Program-made: the position numbers and the translations under genes
The notes under the pieces: model-generated
Database searches by the model: none
Told to the model about the DNA's origin: nothing
What the model saw: the letters and a program-made list of their open reading frames with translations, nothing else
In this document: piece after piece, positions 11,980 to 24,212 of the stretch
Layout of the letters: the number at the start of each line of letters is the position of its first letter
Position numbering within the stretch: position 1 is the first letter of the stretch
DNA from: Dictyostelium discoideum
Taxonomy: Eukaryota
Length of the DNA: 64,000 nucleotides
Direction: 5' to 3'
Assembly: GCA_000004695.1 (NCBI GenBank)
Contig: CM000153.2
Coordinates: forward strand, 3,328,001-3,392,000

Positions 11980-12927
11980 TTATTGAACTTTTTTAATATT
12001 ACTTTTTTTTTGAGATTGTTGAGGTTGTGCTGATGGTGGTATTGTTGATCGTTGTTGTTGTTGTCTTTGTTGTGACGGTGGAAGGAAAACTGATTTACCA
12101 CCCCATATCTTTTGATTAATTGCCCTACCTATGATATAAAGAGAAACACCGAAACAAGAGGAAGAGAAAATGAAAATAATTTTTGAATGAATTGGAATTA
12201 CAGCTAAAATTGGATAAACCCAAAAATTTAAATGAAAACGTGTATAAGCAATGATACCAATATAAAAGAGAATAAAAGATACTAAATATGATACATCTTG
12301 TTTTAAATCCGATGTAATTGGCACAATCTCAGAGATTGGTGATGATCTTTCTTTGAATTTTCTTAATGTATTTGGGTCTGGATGGTATTGATGATTTACA
12401 ATCAATGTTTCAATTACAATTAAAATACCTGGTAATGTATGATGTAAATGATTTAAATAAGATGGAAACCATGAATCTAATGCTTTTCCAAATATTAATT
12501 CCCTATCATAATGATAAATTCCCCAAAATAATGATGTTATTACAATTCCAATTGGGAATATAATTGATCTAAATATTAAATCTCTAACTCTTAAAAATAA
12601 ATAATAATATGGTGTATTCTTTTTTGCTTTAAAAATATTTAATAAATCTACAATACTTGATGTACCAAAAAAGAAAATTAAGAAAAACTAATAAATTAAA
12701 TAAATTAAATAAATTAGTATAAGATTTAATGATTTGAAAAAAAAAAAAAAAAAAAAAAAACTACTTACTTGACCCCATAATGTTAAAAAACATAACATAA
12801 TAAGAGGATCTGTACGACCTGCAACACCACCATTTGATACAAATAAACTATAAAATTTTGCCATACCAATTGATGTTAATACAAAAAATGGACAATGGAA
12901 TAAGAATAATAATGAATCTTTTAACAT
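11980..12927 (-). CDS. AIG1/FAR-17a (ADTRP) family membrane hydrolase, ~288 aa; join(complement: 12769..12927, 11980..12687)
   Basis: Exon 1 encodes MLKDSLLFLFHCPFFVLTSIGMAKFY...LTLWGQ and ends at a GTAAGT donor. Exon 2 contains FPIGIVITSLFWGIYHYDRELIFGKALDSWFPSYLNHLHHTLPGILIVIETLIVNHQYH. This aligns with human AIG1 [59 protein letters not shown], including the Thr/His catalytic-dyad region. The ORF-track pieces 12688..12927 and 11980..12405 lie in these exons. Confidence 0.75.
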
Positions 12928-13294
12928 TTTTTAATTATACAAAATAAATAAAATAAAAAATAATAATTAAAACTATCTTCTGTATTATTTTTTTATTTAT
13001 TTTTTTTTAATTTAATGGGAGGTAAGATCAATAATAAAAAAAAAGACAATTGTGATCACAAACTATTTTTATTATTTTTATTTTTTTTTTTATTTTTATT
13101 TTTTTTTTTTTCAAAAAATAAAAAAAAAAAAAAAATTAAAAACAAAGATTTCATTTCATTTGTAAAAATTCATAAAATTAACAAAAAACAGTGCCCCCAA
13201 TCTTCAACAACACATACATACACATTTGTTATTATTTTTATTATAATAAATTACAACTGTATTACAATAATAAAATAATATATAAAAAAATAAA

Positions 13295-14194
13295 ATGGCA
13301 CGTAATGAAGAGAAAGCAAAATCTATGTTAAATAGATACCTTCAATTAAAGGGAACAGAATCAAAACAAGAAGAAAGAAGACCTTACCTATCAAATGAAT
13401 GCGATTCATTGGTAGATGCAGAGAAATGGAGACGTCAAATTTTAAAAGAAATTACAAGAGGAATCACTGAAATCCAAAATTGTAATTATCATATACCACC
13501 CACCCCACCCACCATCACACCCATTTCTATTTATATCACTATCTCCCCATCTTACCATAATTATAATTTCACCACACACATACACACACACACATATATA
13601 TAGTATATTATTAATATTATTAACATTTTATTTTTATTTATTTTTAATTTAATTATATATATATATTAGCTGCACTTGATGAATATAAAATTAGAGATTT
13701 AAATGATCATATAAATAAATTAGTTAGAGAGAAAGGACATTGGGAAAGAAGAATATTACAATTGGGTGGACCAAATCATAGAGCATTAGCACCAAAATTA
13801 TTTGATGCAGATGGTAAAGAACCATTGGGAACAGGTACATATAGATACTATGGTGAAGCAAAGAATTTACCAGGTGTTGCTGAATTATTTGAAAAACCAG
13901 AACAAACATTACACGGTACAGAAAAAAAAACAAGACAAGATCTATATAAATATATTGACTCTGATTACTATGGTTATAGGGATGATGAAGATGGTAAATT
14001 GGAAGAAATTGAAAGAGAATATGAAAAATATGCAATTGAACAAAATGTTGAAAATTGGAAAAAACAACAAAGAGATAAATTTCAAATTAATACTAATAGA
14101 TTTAACAATAATAATATTAAAAATAGCATTGCTATTAATAAAAATACAGAAAATAAAGATGAAATTAATATAGATGATGATGAAGAAAATGATG

Positions 14195-14225
<31 letters not shown>

Positions 14226-14382
14226 AGAAAATACAGAAAATATAGAAAATATTCAAGAAGAAGAAGAAAAAGAAGATATTAAATTTAAATCATATGTATC
14301 ATTACCATCAACATCACAAATTGAAACTATACTTTTAGAAAAAAGAAAAGAAGAATTAAGAAAACGATACACCCAAAATTAA
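13295..14382 (+). CDS. isy1: pre-mRNA-splicing factor ISY1; join(13295..13481,13670..14382)
   Basis: Exon 1 (MARNEEKAKSMLNRYLQL...ECDSLVDAEKWRRQILKEITRGITEIQN) matches the ISY1 N-terminus (MARNAEKAMTALARWR...AEKWRRQIIGEI). A GTAATT donor at 13482 and the acceptor tatattag|CT at 13670 join in phase 1 to ALDEYKIRDLNDHINKLVREKGHWERRILQLGGPNH...YRYYGEAKNLPGVAELFEK...DSDYYGY, which is collinear with human ISY1. The tail is rich in Asn, Glu and Asp. Confidence 0.85.
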
Positions 14383-14492
14383 ACAAATAAATGTACATAA
14401 AATAATAATATTTTTTAAAATCACCTTTTTATTTGGATTTTATTTTAATTTATTATTATTTATTATTTATTATTATTTTGATAGTATTAATT

Positions 14493-16145
14493 TTAAACAG
14501 TTTCATAAATTTTTCTTAATTGTTCAGTATTTGTTGGTAGGAAAGTAATTGGACATTTACTATGTTCATTTACATATCCAAATATACAAGGATAACAAAA
14601 TACAAAACCACTACCACAAATTGTTGGATTTGTTCTTTCTTTAAGACATAATGGACATAATCTCTTATCTCTTGGAATTTCTAATCCACCTGGTGCTCTC
14701 TATTTTTAAAAATAATAATAATAATAATAAATCTTGATTAGTATAAAATAAAAAAAAAAGAAATCTATTTTAAATTTATTTTTTATTACCTTTGAAGGAG
14801 TTGGAGGTGTTGGAATTGGTAAAGTTGGAGCAGATATTCTATTTTCACTATACCACCATTCTAATGATTTAAATATGAAAACTGATAATGGTAAAATATA
14901 TTTTGAATAATCTAAAATCGAATCTAAAATTGAAACTAATCTAACAAAGAAACTTGAACCTGGCCAATCCCTAACAAAATTAATTCTATCCCTTCTTCTA
15001 TTTGATATTACAACTCTATGTGATTCCTATAAATATTTTAAATTTTAAATATTAATTAAATTGAAAAATAAATAAATAAATAATAAAAATAAACTTACAA
15101 TATCTTTATGATTTAATCTTTTTAATTGTATATTTTGAAAATGAAAGAATGGTGTATAATAATTTGTATATTCATAGAGATATAATAATTGATAAATAAA
15201 GAAAAGTGCTTCATAGATTGCACTTATGAATGGATAAACTTTTAAGAATATTGTTTTTAATTTTTTTAATGTTTTTGAACCTTTTAAAAATCTGATTAAA
15301 ATTAAAAATTTAATCTTTAATTTCTTATTGTTATTGTTACTATTATTATTTCCATTGACAATTGTTTGTTGTTGTTGAATCTGTTCTTCAAGTTGTTGAA
15401 TTTGGTCATTAATATTATCATTATTATTATTATTGTTATCTGATGACACTAAACCAAGTTCTGCTAATGGATCAGATTCTTTTTTATAATATTCATCTAA
15501 TTTACCTTTAAAATAAGGTATGAGTACTAAATATATTAATGATTCTTTTCTATCGCTATCTTGAATCATTGTATTTAAATCATCTTTAGCTTGTTGTGAT
15601 GATGATGCTGCTGCTCTATTTCTACGTATCATTGCAAATGATTTCTTTAAAATTTGACTTTTTGTATATGTTTCTGGTCCTTGTCCTGCATTTGATGGTG
15701 TTACTACTAATCTTTTCAATAATGAAAATAATGTATCACCATCACCATTTGCATTATTATTTCTTGGTTTAATTCTTTTTAAATTATAAAAATTCTCTGA
15801 AAATGATCCCTCTAAAAATAATTAAATAAATGAATAAATAAATAATAAATATATATTGCAATTAAATAAATTTGGATGATGTGAATTATAAATAATGAAA
15901 AAAAAAAAAAAAAGATAATTACCATAATATTTTAAATAATGATATTCTAGTAATAATAATAATGAATAAAAACATTCATCATAATAATTAACAATATATC
16001 TAAATTTAGGATTTCTTTGAGAAAGTACAGTGAATATATACTTTAATGCAGGTTTGAAAGAAGGCATCATTTGATGTTGATTTAACATTTCAAAAAATGA
16101 TGGCCTATTTGGATCGTGACCATTATCAAAGTTGAACATAAACAT
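14493..16145 (-). CDS. pex12: peroxisome assembly protein PEX12 (peroxin-12, RING finger); join(complement: 15923..16145, 15099..15811, 14790..15026, 14493..14699)
   Basis: Exon 1 (MFMFNFDNGHDPNRPSFFEMLNQHQMMPSFKPALKYIFTVLSQRNPKFRYIVNYYDECFYSLLLLLEYHYLKYY) matches the PEX12 N-terminus ([58 protein letters not shown]). Exon 2 encodes ...IPYFKGKLDE...VYPFISAIYEALFFIYQLLYLYEYTNYYTP.... Exon 3 includes WPGSSFFVRLVSILDSILD.... Exon 4 carries the C-terminal RING domain CPLCLKERTNPTICGSGFVFCYPCIFGYVNEHSKCPIT (PEX12 has [39 protein letters not shown]). Donors are GTAATT, GTAAGT and GTAATA, and the phases are consistent. Confidence 0.8.
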
Positions 16146-16365
16146 TTTTTTTTTTTTTTTTTATATATGTTTATTATTCTAACTCTTTATATATTATAAT
16201 TTGATTTTTGTTTCTGTTACTATTAATTATTACATATATTTGTAATTCTCAAATGAAGAAGAGAAATTAAATGAATAAGTAAAAAATTTCAATTTTTTTT
16301 TTTTTTTTTTTTGAATTTTAAATTTTTTTTTTTTTTTTTTTTTTTTTAATTAATTAAAATACAAT

Positions 16366-16989
16366 TTATTTATTATAATTATTTAATAAATTATTAATTT
16401 CATTTTGAACTTTATTTTTTGTAATTTCATAATCATCATTTGTTTTAAAAACTAAATTTGCATACTTTTCTCTTTCTTCATTTGTTAATTGAGAATCAAT
16501 TCTTTTGCAAGCATCAACTTCTGATAGATTATTCCTAGTTTTTAATCTTTCTATTGCAACTTCTCTTGGAACTTGGGTTACCCAAATAAGATCTACCATT
16601 TCATTGAAACCAGCTTCAATTAAAACAGCAGCTTCTAATACAACTATTTTATCATTTGGACATGTTGTTTCAATCTCTTTAAATTCATTCAATATTAGTT
16701 CTTTCATTTCTGGCCAAACTATATTTGTTAATTGTTTCATTTTTAATGGATCTGAAAATACTATTGGTCCTAATTTAGATCTATCAATTGATTGATCATT
16801 TTGATTGATAATATCTTGACCAAATTCTTGAATTATTTTATTATAGGATGGCCTACCTTTTTGATAAACCATATGTCCAAATTTATCTGCATCAATACAT
16901 TTTATATTCATTTCTTTTAAATATCCTAATATTGTTGATTTACCAGATGCAATACCACCTGTTAATCCAATTTTTATTAATTTTGACAT
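16366..16989 (-). CDS. dephospho-CoA kinase (CoaE), 207 aa
   Basis: The P-loop is present (IGLTGGIASGKSTILGYL) and the rest follows the CoaE fold pattern (DADKFGHMVY, VVLEAAVLIEAG, DLIWVTQVPREVAIERLKTRNN). It is a single exon. Confidence 0.85.
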   Translation of the reverse strand: MSKLIKIGLTGGIASGKSTILGYLKEMNIKCIDADKFGHMVYQKGRPSYNKIIQEFGQDIINQNDQSIDRSKLGPIVFSDPLKMKQLTNIVWPEMKELILNEFKEIETTCPNDKIVVLEAAVLIEAGFNEMVDLIWVTQVPREVAIERLKTRNNLSEVDACKRIDSQLTNEEREKYANLVFKTNDDYEITKNKVQNEINNLLNNYNK

Positions 16990-17268
16990 TTTCTTTTTAT
17001 TGGTTTTCTATATTCCTATATTCCAAAAAAATAAAAAAAAATAAAAAAAATAAAAAAAATTATAAAAACTTTTTCTTGTTTTAATTTCACCATTTTTTTT
17101 TTTTTTTTTTTTTAATTTTAAATTTTTTTTTAATTTTTTTTTATTTTTTTTTGGTGATGATCCCCTTTTAATTTAATTTTAAAAAAAAAATAAAAAAATA
17201 AAAAAAATAAAAAAAAAAAAGTTTCATTTTTTTTTTTTTATTAATACACAAATAATATACAAATAATA

Positions 17269-18553
17269 ATGTCAGAGAATGAAGGATGGTGTACAATTGA
17301 AAGTGACCCAGGTGTATTCACAGAATTAATTACAAAAATTGGTGTGAAAGATATTCAAGTTGAAGAATTATATACATTAGACTCATCAGAATATGATAGA
17401 TTAAAGTAATATTAATAAAATATTTATTTATTTTTTTTTTTTAAAAAATTTTATTTCTTTTTTTTTATCATTTTATTATATTTCTAACAAAATTTATAAT
17501 TTTTTTTTTTTATTTTGTTTTTTTATTTTATTTTTTTATATTTAATCAAATTAATTTATATATAGACCAGTATTAGGATTAATATTTTTATTTAAATGGG
17601 AAAAAGAAGAAGAGAATAGAACAATTTCTGATAATGAAAATATATTCTTTGCAAATCAAGTCATTCAAAATGCATGTGCAACTCAAGCTATCCTTTCAGT
17701 TTTATTAAATTCTGAAGGTATTGAATTGGGTGAAGAATTATCAAATTTTAAATCATTTGTTGGTGATTTTCCACCAATGGTATAGTATCAATTTAAATTA
17801 TTATTATTATTTTAAAATTATTATTTATTAATTCATTAATTTATTATTTTTTTTTATTTTTTTTTAAATTAGATGAAAGGTGAAGCAATTGGTAATAGTG
17901 AATTAATTAAAGAAACTCATAATAGTTTTACAGTTCAAGACCCATTTATATTTTCAAAGAAAAAGAATAGAAAACCATCAGATGCATTCCATTTTATAAG
18001 TTTTATACCATTCCAAGGTAAAGTTTATGAGTTGGATGGTTTAAAAAAAGGTCCATATTGTTTAGGTGATTGTACCCCTGATAATTGGTTAGAGATTGCC
18101 ACTCCATTCATTCAAAAAAGAATGGAAAAATATAGTCAAGGTGAAATTAGATTCAATTTAATGGCTGTAATTAAAAATAGACAAACTACATTACAAGAAA
18201 AGATTTTAACTTTAGAAAAGAAAAAAAATGATCTTGAAATTAAATTATCTGAACTTAATAGTGGTAGTGGTGGTGATAATAAAGAGGAATCTGGTGGTGC
18301 AACACCAACAACAAAAGAAGATTTAAATTTTATGATAAATGTTGTAAATAATGATATAGAAGAAGCAAATAATGAAATTTTAATGGAACAAGAGAAATTT
18401 AGAAATTGGAAAGATGAAAATATTAGAAGAAAACATAATTTCACTCCATTAATCTTAAATTTAATTAAAGGTTTAGCTGAAAAAGATAATCTCCAACCAT
18501 TAATTCAAAAAGCAAAAGATCAAATCTCTCAAAAACAACAACAACATAAATAA
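17269..18553 (+). CDS. ubiquitin C-terminal hydrolase, UCH-L5/UCH37 type; join(17269..17405,17566..17779,17873..18553)
   Basis: Exon 1 ([46 protein letters not shown]) matches UCHL5 ([20 protein letters not shown]...[25 protein letters not shown]). Exon 2 contains [22 protein letters not shown], the active-site Cys region. Exon 3 contains [34 protein letters not shown] and [22 protein letters not shown] (UCHL5 has [22 protein letters not shown]). Donors are GTAATA and GTATAG, and the phases are 2 and 0. Confidence 0.85.
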
Positions 18554-18711
18554 ATTAAATTAAATCATAAATTAAAATAAAAAAATCTTTTATTTATTAT
18601 TTTTATTTTTCTTTTTTTTTTCCAATTTTTTTTTTAAGTCTTAATATTTTTTTATTTTTTTATTTTTATTTTTAAATTCAGTTTTAAAAAAAAAAAAAAT
18701 AAAAAAAAAAA

Positions 18712-19860
18712 ATGGAATGTAAATACAAATTAACAGATTGTTTAATTGGGCATAGTAGTGAAGTAACATCATTATCAATAACACCAGATCCACAACTTAA
18801 TACTAGCTCAATAAATTATTTTGTTTCAGGATCAAAGGATGGTACAGTAATAATTTGGAAATCAACCATGTTAGAAAATAATATACCAAATACTACTCTT
18901 TATAGGGTATTAAAAGGTCATTCAGATGTTGTTCAAAAGGTTGCAATTACAAATGATCAAAAATTTGTCATATCTGGGTCATGGGATTGTAATGTTTGTA
19001 TTTGGGATATTCAAAGTGGTGAATGTATTAAAACCATTAAACATCAATCACAAGTAATCGATATATCATATCAACGGGCTGATGTTGATTATATTTCATC
19101 AATTCAAAGCAATGGTATGGTAATGATTTGGAAATTATTTTCAAAAATTGAAGAACCAACATTTCATAAATCATTTCATAATGATAATAATATTAATAAT
19201 AATAATAATGGTAATAGATTAAATTGTTGTTTATTAGGATATCATCCAACACTTTGTACAGCTGGGAGTGATAATAAAATTTTTAATTGTTTAAATGAAT
19301 TCAATGAAGAATTAAAATCAGTAAAATATAATAAACCAAAAAATTTAAAAAGAAAGATACCTCAATTTTTCAAACATAAAGGTGGGAAAATAAATTGTAT
19401 TACTTTTTCACCAGATTATTCAATATTAGCATCGGGTTGTAGTGATGGTGAATTATATTTATATAGTTTTAATGAACCCCATTTTGATCATTTAATGCAT
19501 TTCAAGACTGATAATCAAATAAATAATATAACTTTTAATCCATTAAAATATTGGTGTACAGCTGCAAATGATAATAATATAATAATATGGGATTTGGAAA
19601 GTAAAGATGTAATTGTAAATATTATTATCGATGATTTAGGCTATGATATCAATAATGAAAATAAAAATGAAATCATTTCAAAATATAAAGAGAATTGGAG
19701 AGATTTAGAATATCACAAAACTCAATTAAATTTAAAAAAAGATCAAGGAATTCTTGATAAACCTTTTATTCGTTCGCTTTCAATTTGTTGGTTAAATGGT
19801 GACATTTTTTATGTGGCTTGTGATGATGGTACAATAAGAGAGTATACTTTAAAACAATAA
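18712..19860 (+). CDS. WD40-repeat protein (382 aa), paralog 1 of a tandem pair
   Basis: The sequence shows GH...SGS.D....W WD-repeat motifs (LKGHSDVVQKVAITNDQKFVISGSWDCNVCIWDIQSGECIKTIKHQSQ). The C-terminus FIRSLSICWLNGDIFYVACDDGTIREY is shared with the next gene. Confidence 0.7.
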   Translation: MECKYKLTDCLIGHSSEVTSLSITPDPQLNTSSINYFVSGSKDGTVIIWKSTMLENNIPNTTLYRVLKGHSDVVQKVAITNDQKFVISGSWDCNVCIWDIQSGECIKTIKHQSQVIDISYQRADVDYISSIQSNGMVMIWKLFSKIEEPTFHKSFHNDNNINNNNNGNRLNCCLLGYHPTLCTAGSDNKIFNCLNEFNEELKSVKYNKPKNLKRKIPQFFKHKGGKINCITFSPDYSILASGCSDGELYLYSFNEPHFDHLMHFKTDNQINNITFNPLKYWCTAANDNNIIIWDLESKDVIVNIIIDDLGYDINNENKNEIISKYKENWRDLEYHKTQLNLKKDQGILDKPFIRSLSICWLNGDIFYVACDDGTIREYTLKQ

Positions 19861-20009
19861 AAATAAAATAAAAAAATTAATTTTAAAAAAAGTTATTTTT
19901 AGATTTTGATTTGTTTTTTTTTTTTTTTTTTTTAATTTTTGATTTTTTTTTTTTTTTTTTCAAGAGTATGGAGACTCGTTTCGAAAATAATCAATATTGA
20001 TATAATTAA

Positions 20010-21209
20010 ATGATTATTTTATATTCATTAAATGACTGTTTATTTGAGCATAATTATGAAGTTACATCATTGGCAACAAATGGTATACGTTATTTAATAT
20101 CAGGATCAAAAGATTGTACAGTTAAAGTTTGGATTGTTGAAAGTGATAAACCAACGACTCTATATAGAACATTAATAGGTCACTCAAGTATTATTCAAGA
20201 TGTGGCAATAACTCAAGATGAAAAATATGTTATTTCAGGTTCATGGGATGGTAATGTTTGCATTTGGGATATTGAAAGTGGTCAATGTATTAAAACTATA
20301 AAACATCAATCACAAATTATGAAAGTTTCATATATACATCAACAAAATGGTGATTTTATATCATCCATTACAAATGATGGCACAGTAATGATTTGGAAAT
20401 TATTTTTTAAAAAAATAAAAGATGAAAATCAAAATGAAGAAAAACAAGAAAAAGAAAAAGAAGAAGAAGAACCAAAATTTTATAAATCATATCATGAAAA
20501 AGGAATTTTCAATACTAGTTGTGCATTTTCTACATCTGAGGATATTAATCCAATTTTATGTACATCTGGAAGTGATGGAAAAATATTCAGTTGTTTTGAT
20601 GAATTTAGAAATCAGTATAAATTATCAAAAAGTGATGAATTCGAAGAAACCATTAGAAACCATGTCAATGATGATGATGGTAATAATAATGATAAAAATG
20701 TAAAAATTTGGAAACATGATAGTGATGGTATTATAAATTATCTATTATTTTCACCTGCAAATCTTTTTATATCATCAGGTTGTAGCGAAGGAATTGTTTG
20801 TCTTTGGAGATACGATGATTGTAATGAATTTATAAAATTAAATTGTAATAGTCCAGTTAATAGTTTTAGTTATAATCCTGCTATGCTTTTATGTGCAACT
20901 GCGAGTGATGATAATATTTTAATATGGGATTTAGAAAAAAAAAAAATTTTAACAACAATTGTAATTGATGATTTCGACAGTCAACTTATCAATAATGATG
21001 AAAATAAAGATGAAATAATTTTAAAAGTTAAGAATCTTCAAAGATATAAAGAATCTTATAAAGCTCAATTAAAATATCATCAAAAAAATAGTGATAAACC
21101 ATTAATTCGTTCATTATCAATAGTTTGGTTTTCTTATGATATTATTTTTGTAGCATGTGATGATAACACTATTAGAAGATATAAAATAAATAATATTTAC
21201 GAAAATTAA
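20010..21209 (+). CDS. WD40-repeat protein (399 aa), paralog 2 of the tandem pair
   Basis: It shares about 60% identity with 18712..19860 in the WD core (LIGHSSIIQDVAITQDEKYVISGSWDGNVCIWDIESGQCIKTIKHQSQ) and at the C-terminus (LIRSLSIVWFSYDIIFVACDDNTIRRY). A Glu/Lys-rich insertion sits in the middle. Confidence 0.7.
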   Translation: MIILYSLNDCLFEHNYEVTSLATNGIRYLISGSKDCTVKVWIVESDKPTTLYRTLIGHSSIIQDVAITQDEKYVISGSWDGNVCIWDIESGQCIKTIKHQSQIMKVSYIHQQNGDFISSITNDGTVMIWKLFFKKIKDENQNEEKQEKEKEEEEPKFYKSYHEKGIFNTSCAFSTSEDINPILCTSGSDGKIFSCFDEFRNQYKLSKSDEFEETIRNHVNDDDGNNNDKNVKIWKHDSDGIINYLLFSPANLFISSGCSEGIVCLWRYDDCNEFIKLNCNSPVNSFSYNPAMLLCATASDDNILIWDLEKKKILTTIVIDDFDSQLINNDENKDEIILKVKNLQRYKESYKAQLKYHQKNSDKPLIRSLSIVWFSYDIIFVACDDNTIRRYKINNIYEN

Positions 21210-21370
21210 TTATTAATTTTTGTTTTTTTCAATTTAACACAAAGATTTTATAATTATAGAAACTTATTAATAAAATGTAAATTTGCGAATATTGATTTAT
21301 TGTACAAAATCCAAAAAATAAAAAATAGGCTTTTATTTAATTTTTTTTTTTTTTTTTTTAATTTTTTCCT

Positions 21371-22478
21371 TTAATTAATTTGATTATTGAGATAAGGGAT
21401 TACATTTTGATTAAACCATTGATCAGTGAATTGTAAATGATTACCAGGGCATGATATTTTAATTAATCTACCTTCATTATCTAATTGTTGAATACCAATC
21501 CAATCTTCAATGTATAAATCTGTTTTTTCCATTGGTAAGATAATATTATCTTGACCTGGTTGATAATAACCAAATAATTCAGATTCTCTTGGAACTACAA
21601 TTGTATCTGCTAAAAATTCACCCAATATAAAATTATTTACACTTAATAAATTATCCTTATATGTTTGATTCTTTTCAGAACGAACATTATTAATATCTGC
21701 TAAAAATACTGATTTTTCAACATATTCATCATAATTAAATGGATCTTGCCAATATTCTATAACAATTTATAATAAATATTTATTTATTAATTAAATTATT
21801 TCATTGAAAAAATAATGTAAAATAAAGATTTATTATTATAAAAACTTACCACCAGGTACTAAAGTATTCTGAACATATTTTTCATAAACACCTAATTCAA
21901 CCAAATCATCAGCTATTTTACATAATGTTGAATTTAATGCAGTACATCTTGGTAATGAACTAACACCTTGATGTTGACCACCTAATGAAATTAAATTATA
22001 AACTGGTGGATCATTACAACGTTCAACATATCCTCTAAGAAATTGACCACCTTGTGATAAACCTTTTTTTTTTTTTTTTTTTTTTTAATAAAATTAATAA
22101 ATTTTATCTTTTTATTTTTATTTTTATTTTTATTTTTTCATTTTATTTTTTTGAAAAATACATACCAACAGCATTAAATCCAGATGTCAAATTTGTATCT
22201 TCTTTTAACATTTTACAAACTATTTCAAGTTGTTCATTAACATTTTTAAAGAAAGAATTAAAAGAATCTTCTGCAATACTATCACCAATTGCAATATTTT
22301 TAACATAAACACCAGGTAATTGATTCTCTATCAATTCTTTTAATTTACCCATTGTAAGTGGATCTAAACCTGAATCACCAAGCCCATGCCATAATACAAC
22401 TGGTCTAATATTTTCACTATTTGAATTTTGAATTAAATAACAATTTATTATTAAAATAATAAAAAATAATATTTTCAT
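21371..22478 (-). CDS. ppt1: palmitoyl-protein thioesterase 1 (PPT1); join(complement: 22166..22478, 21850..22062, 21371..21756)
   Basis: Exon 1 has a signal peptide plus PVVLWHGLGDSGLDPLTMGKLKELIENQLPGVYVKNIAIG...FFKNVNEQLEIVCKML (human has [40 protein letters not shown]). Exon 2 (GLSQGGQFLRGYVERCNDPPVYNLISLGGQHQGV) carries the catalytic Ser in GxSxG. Exon 3 (EYWQDPFNYDEYVEKSVFLADINN...ELFGYYQPGQ...NHLQFTDQWFNQNVIPYL) matches [24 protein letters not shown]...EWFGFYRSGQ...DHLQLSEEWFYAHIIPFL. Donors are GTATGT and GTAAGT. Confidence 0.85.
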
Positions 22479-22718
22479 TTTTTTTAATTTTTTTAGATTA
22501 AATTATAAAAAAAAAAAAAAAAAAAATGATGTGTTGGAGAGAGAGAGAAAGATGATGAAAAAAATTAAAAAAAAAAAAAAAAAAAAAGAATAATCAAAAA
22601 TTAAATTTAATTTGAAAAAAAAAAAAAAATTTAAGGGAATAAAAAAAAAAAATCAAGATATTTTATTATTAAAAAAAAAAAATATCTAGATTTAAATTTA
22701 TTTTTTTCTTTTTATTTT

Positions 22719-24098
22719 TTAATAAAGAGGTAATTCAATTGATTGTTGATATTTAAAATAATTATTTGGATCATATTTTTGTTTAATTTGTTGTAATTTT
22801 TGATAATGATTTCCATAATATGCAAATTGCCAATTTGAACATTCATCATCTGGATAATTTTGATAAATTTGATTTCCAAAAATATTAAGAGATGAATTAA
22901 TTTTTAATTTCCATTCTTTAAATATTTCATCATTAATTTCTTTTGTATATAAACAAATAAAAGTATAACTCCAAGTACAATCATCACCTCTGTGAATAAA
23001 TGAGCAATTATCTTTTGATAACTGATTTTGAATACCACCATGATAATAAATTGTTGAACTGAAATTAGCGATTGCGTCAGGTTCTTTCATGTTATTGATT
23101 ATAATAGGTGCCATTTCCATTATCTCTTTTAATGCCATTGATTTTTGGTTACTCAAATCCTTTGAGAATCTACATTTTGTAAAAGATCTTCTAGTTTTAT
23201 TTGAATATGGTACACGTTCAACAATTTCTAAAAATGTTTTTTTAACTTTTTCAAAACTAATTTCAACCACCTTTACAGGTGATTTTAATAATTGTAATAA
23301 TTTTTTAAATTCGTTTTCCCCCTCTTCTAAATCACCAATAAAAAAGAAAATTAATGTATTTATTATCCTTTTTGATTTAATTGTAATTCTATAATCTAAA
23401 CCAATATAAACATTATTTTTCAATTTTGTAGTTTTCATATACTCATCAATGATTTCATTCGATTCAATGATTGAATCAAATGACAATTCAGCAGAGTTAT
23501 GGTAATAGTGTGGTTGGATATCGTATAATTGGATTTTAAAATCCAATGCAATACCATAACTACAATGACCAGCACCCCGTAATGCCCAGAATAAATCAGA
23601 GTATTGATTTGTTGGGTTTGATTTAACCAATTTCCCATTTTCTAATAAAATAGTAATCTCTAAAATATTGTCCAATAAATAGCCATGTTTTATTGACAAC
23701 GGATTTGACCCCCCACCCAACGCCAATCCACCCATGCAAACTGACGGACATGATCCACCTGGCCCGCCTAATAAATACTTTGATGTCTCTTTATAGTACT
23801 CTAAAAAAGTTACACCACATTGTACAATTGCAGTTTTATTAATTAAATCAATTTTACATTCTTTTAATCCACTCATATCTAAATTAACAGTATCATTTAA
23901 AATTGAAAAATTACAACATGAATGACCACCAGATCTAATTGATACCCTTTTTTTAATAATATTCTTTGCATAATTTAATGAATCTTTTAATTGATTTGAA
24001 TTTTCAATTTTTATATAACAAATTGGTTTATTTTTAAATAATGGATTTAAAAAATTATAATATGAAATACTATTATTATTTTCATTTATTATTATTAA

Positions 24099-24137
<39 letters not shown>

Positions 24138-24212
24138 ATTATCATGTTTTATTATTTCATTATTAATATTTTTATTATCTTTTTCATTATTTAATTCTAT
24201 GACCTCAATCAT
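22719..24212 (-). CDS. FAD-linked oxidoreductase (PCMH-type FAD-binding domain with BBE-like C-terminus), 497 aa
   Basis: FAD-binding region: RVSIRSGGHSCCNFS...GPGGSCPSVCMGGLALGGGSNPLSIKHGYLLDNILEITILLENGKL...LFWALRGAGHCSYGIALDFKIQLYDI. BBE-like C-terminus: YQNYPDDECSNWQFAYYGNHYQKLQQIKQKYDPNNYFKYQQSIE. An Asn-rich tract lies near the N-terminus. Confidence 0.75.

Noticed and set aside
13724-14256. ORFs 13724..14035(-), 13802..14173(+), 13942..14256(-) overlapping isy1 exon 2
   Set aside because: They are alternate frames or the opposite strand of a well-supported ISY1 exon, with poly-I/N low complexity.
16505-16795. 96-aa plus-strand ORF inside dephospho-CoA kinase
   Set aside because: It is antisense to a gene with a clear P-loop and full-length homology.
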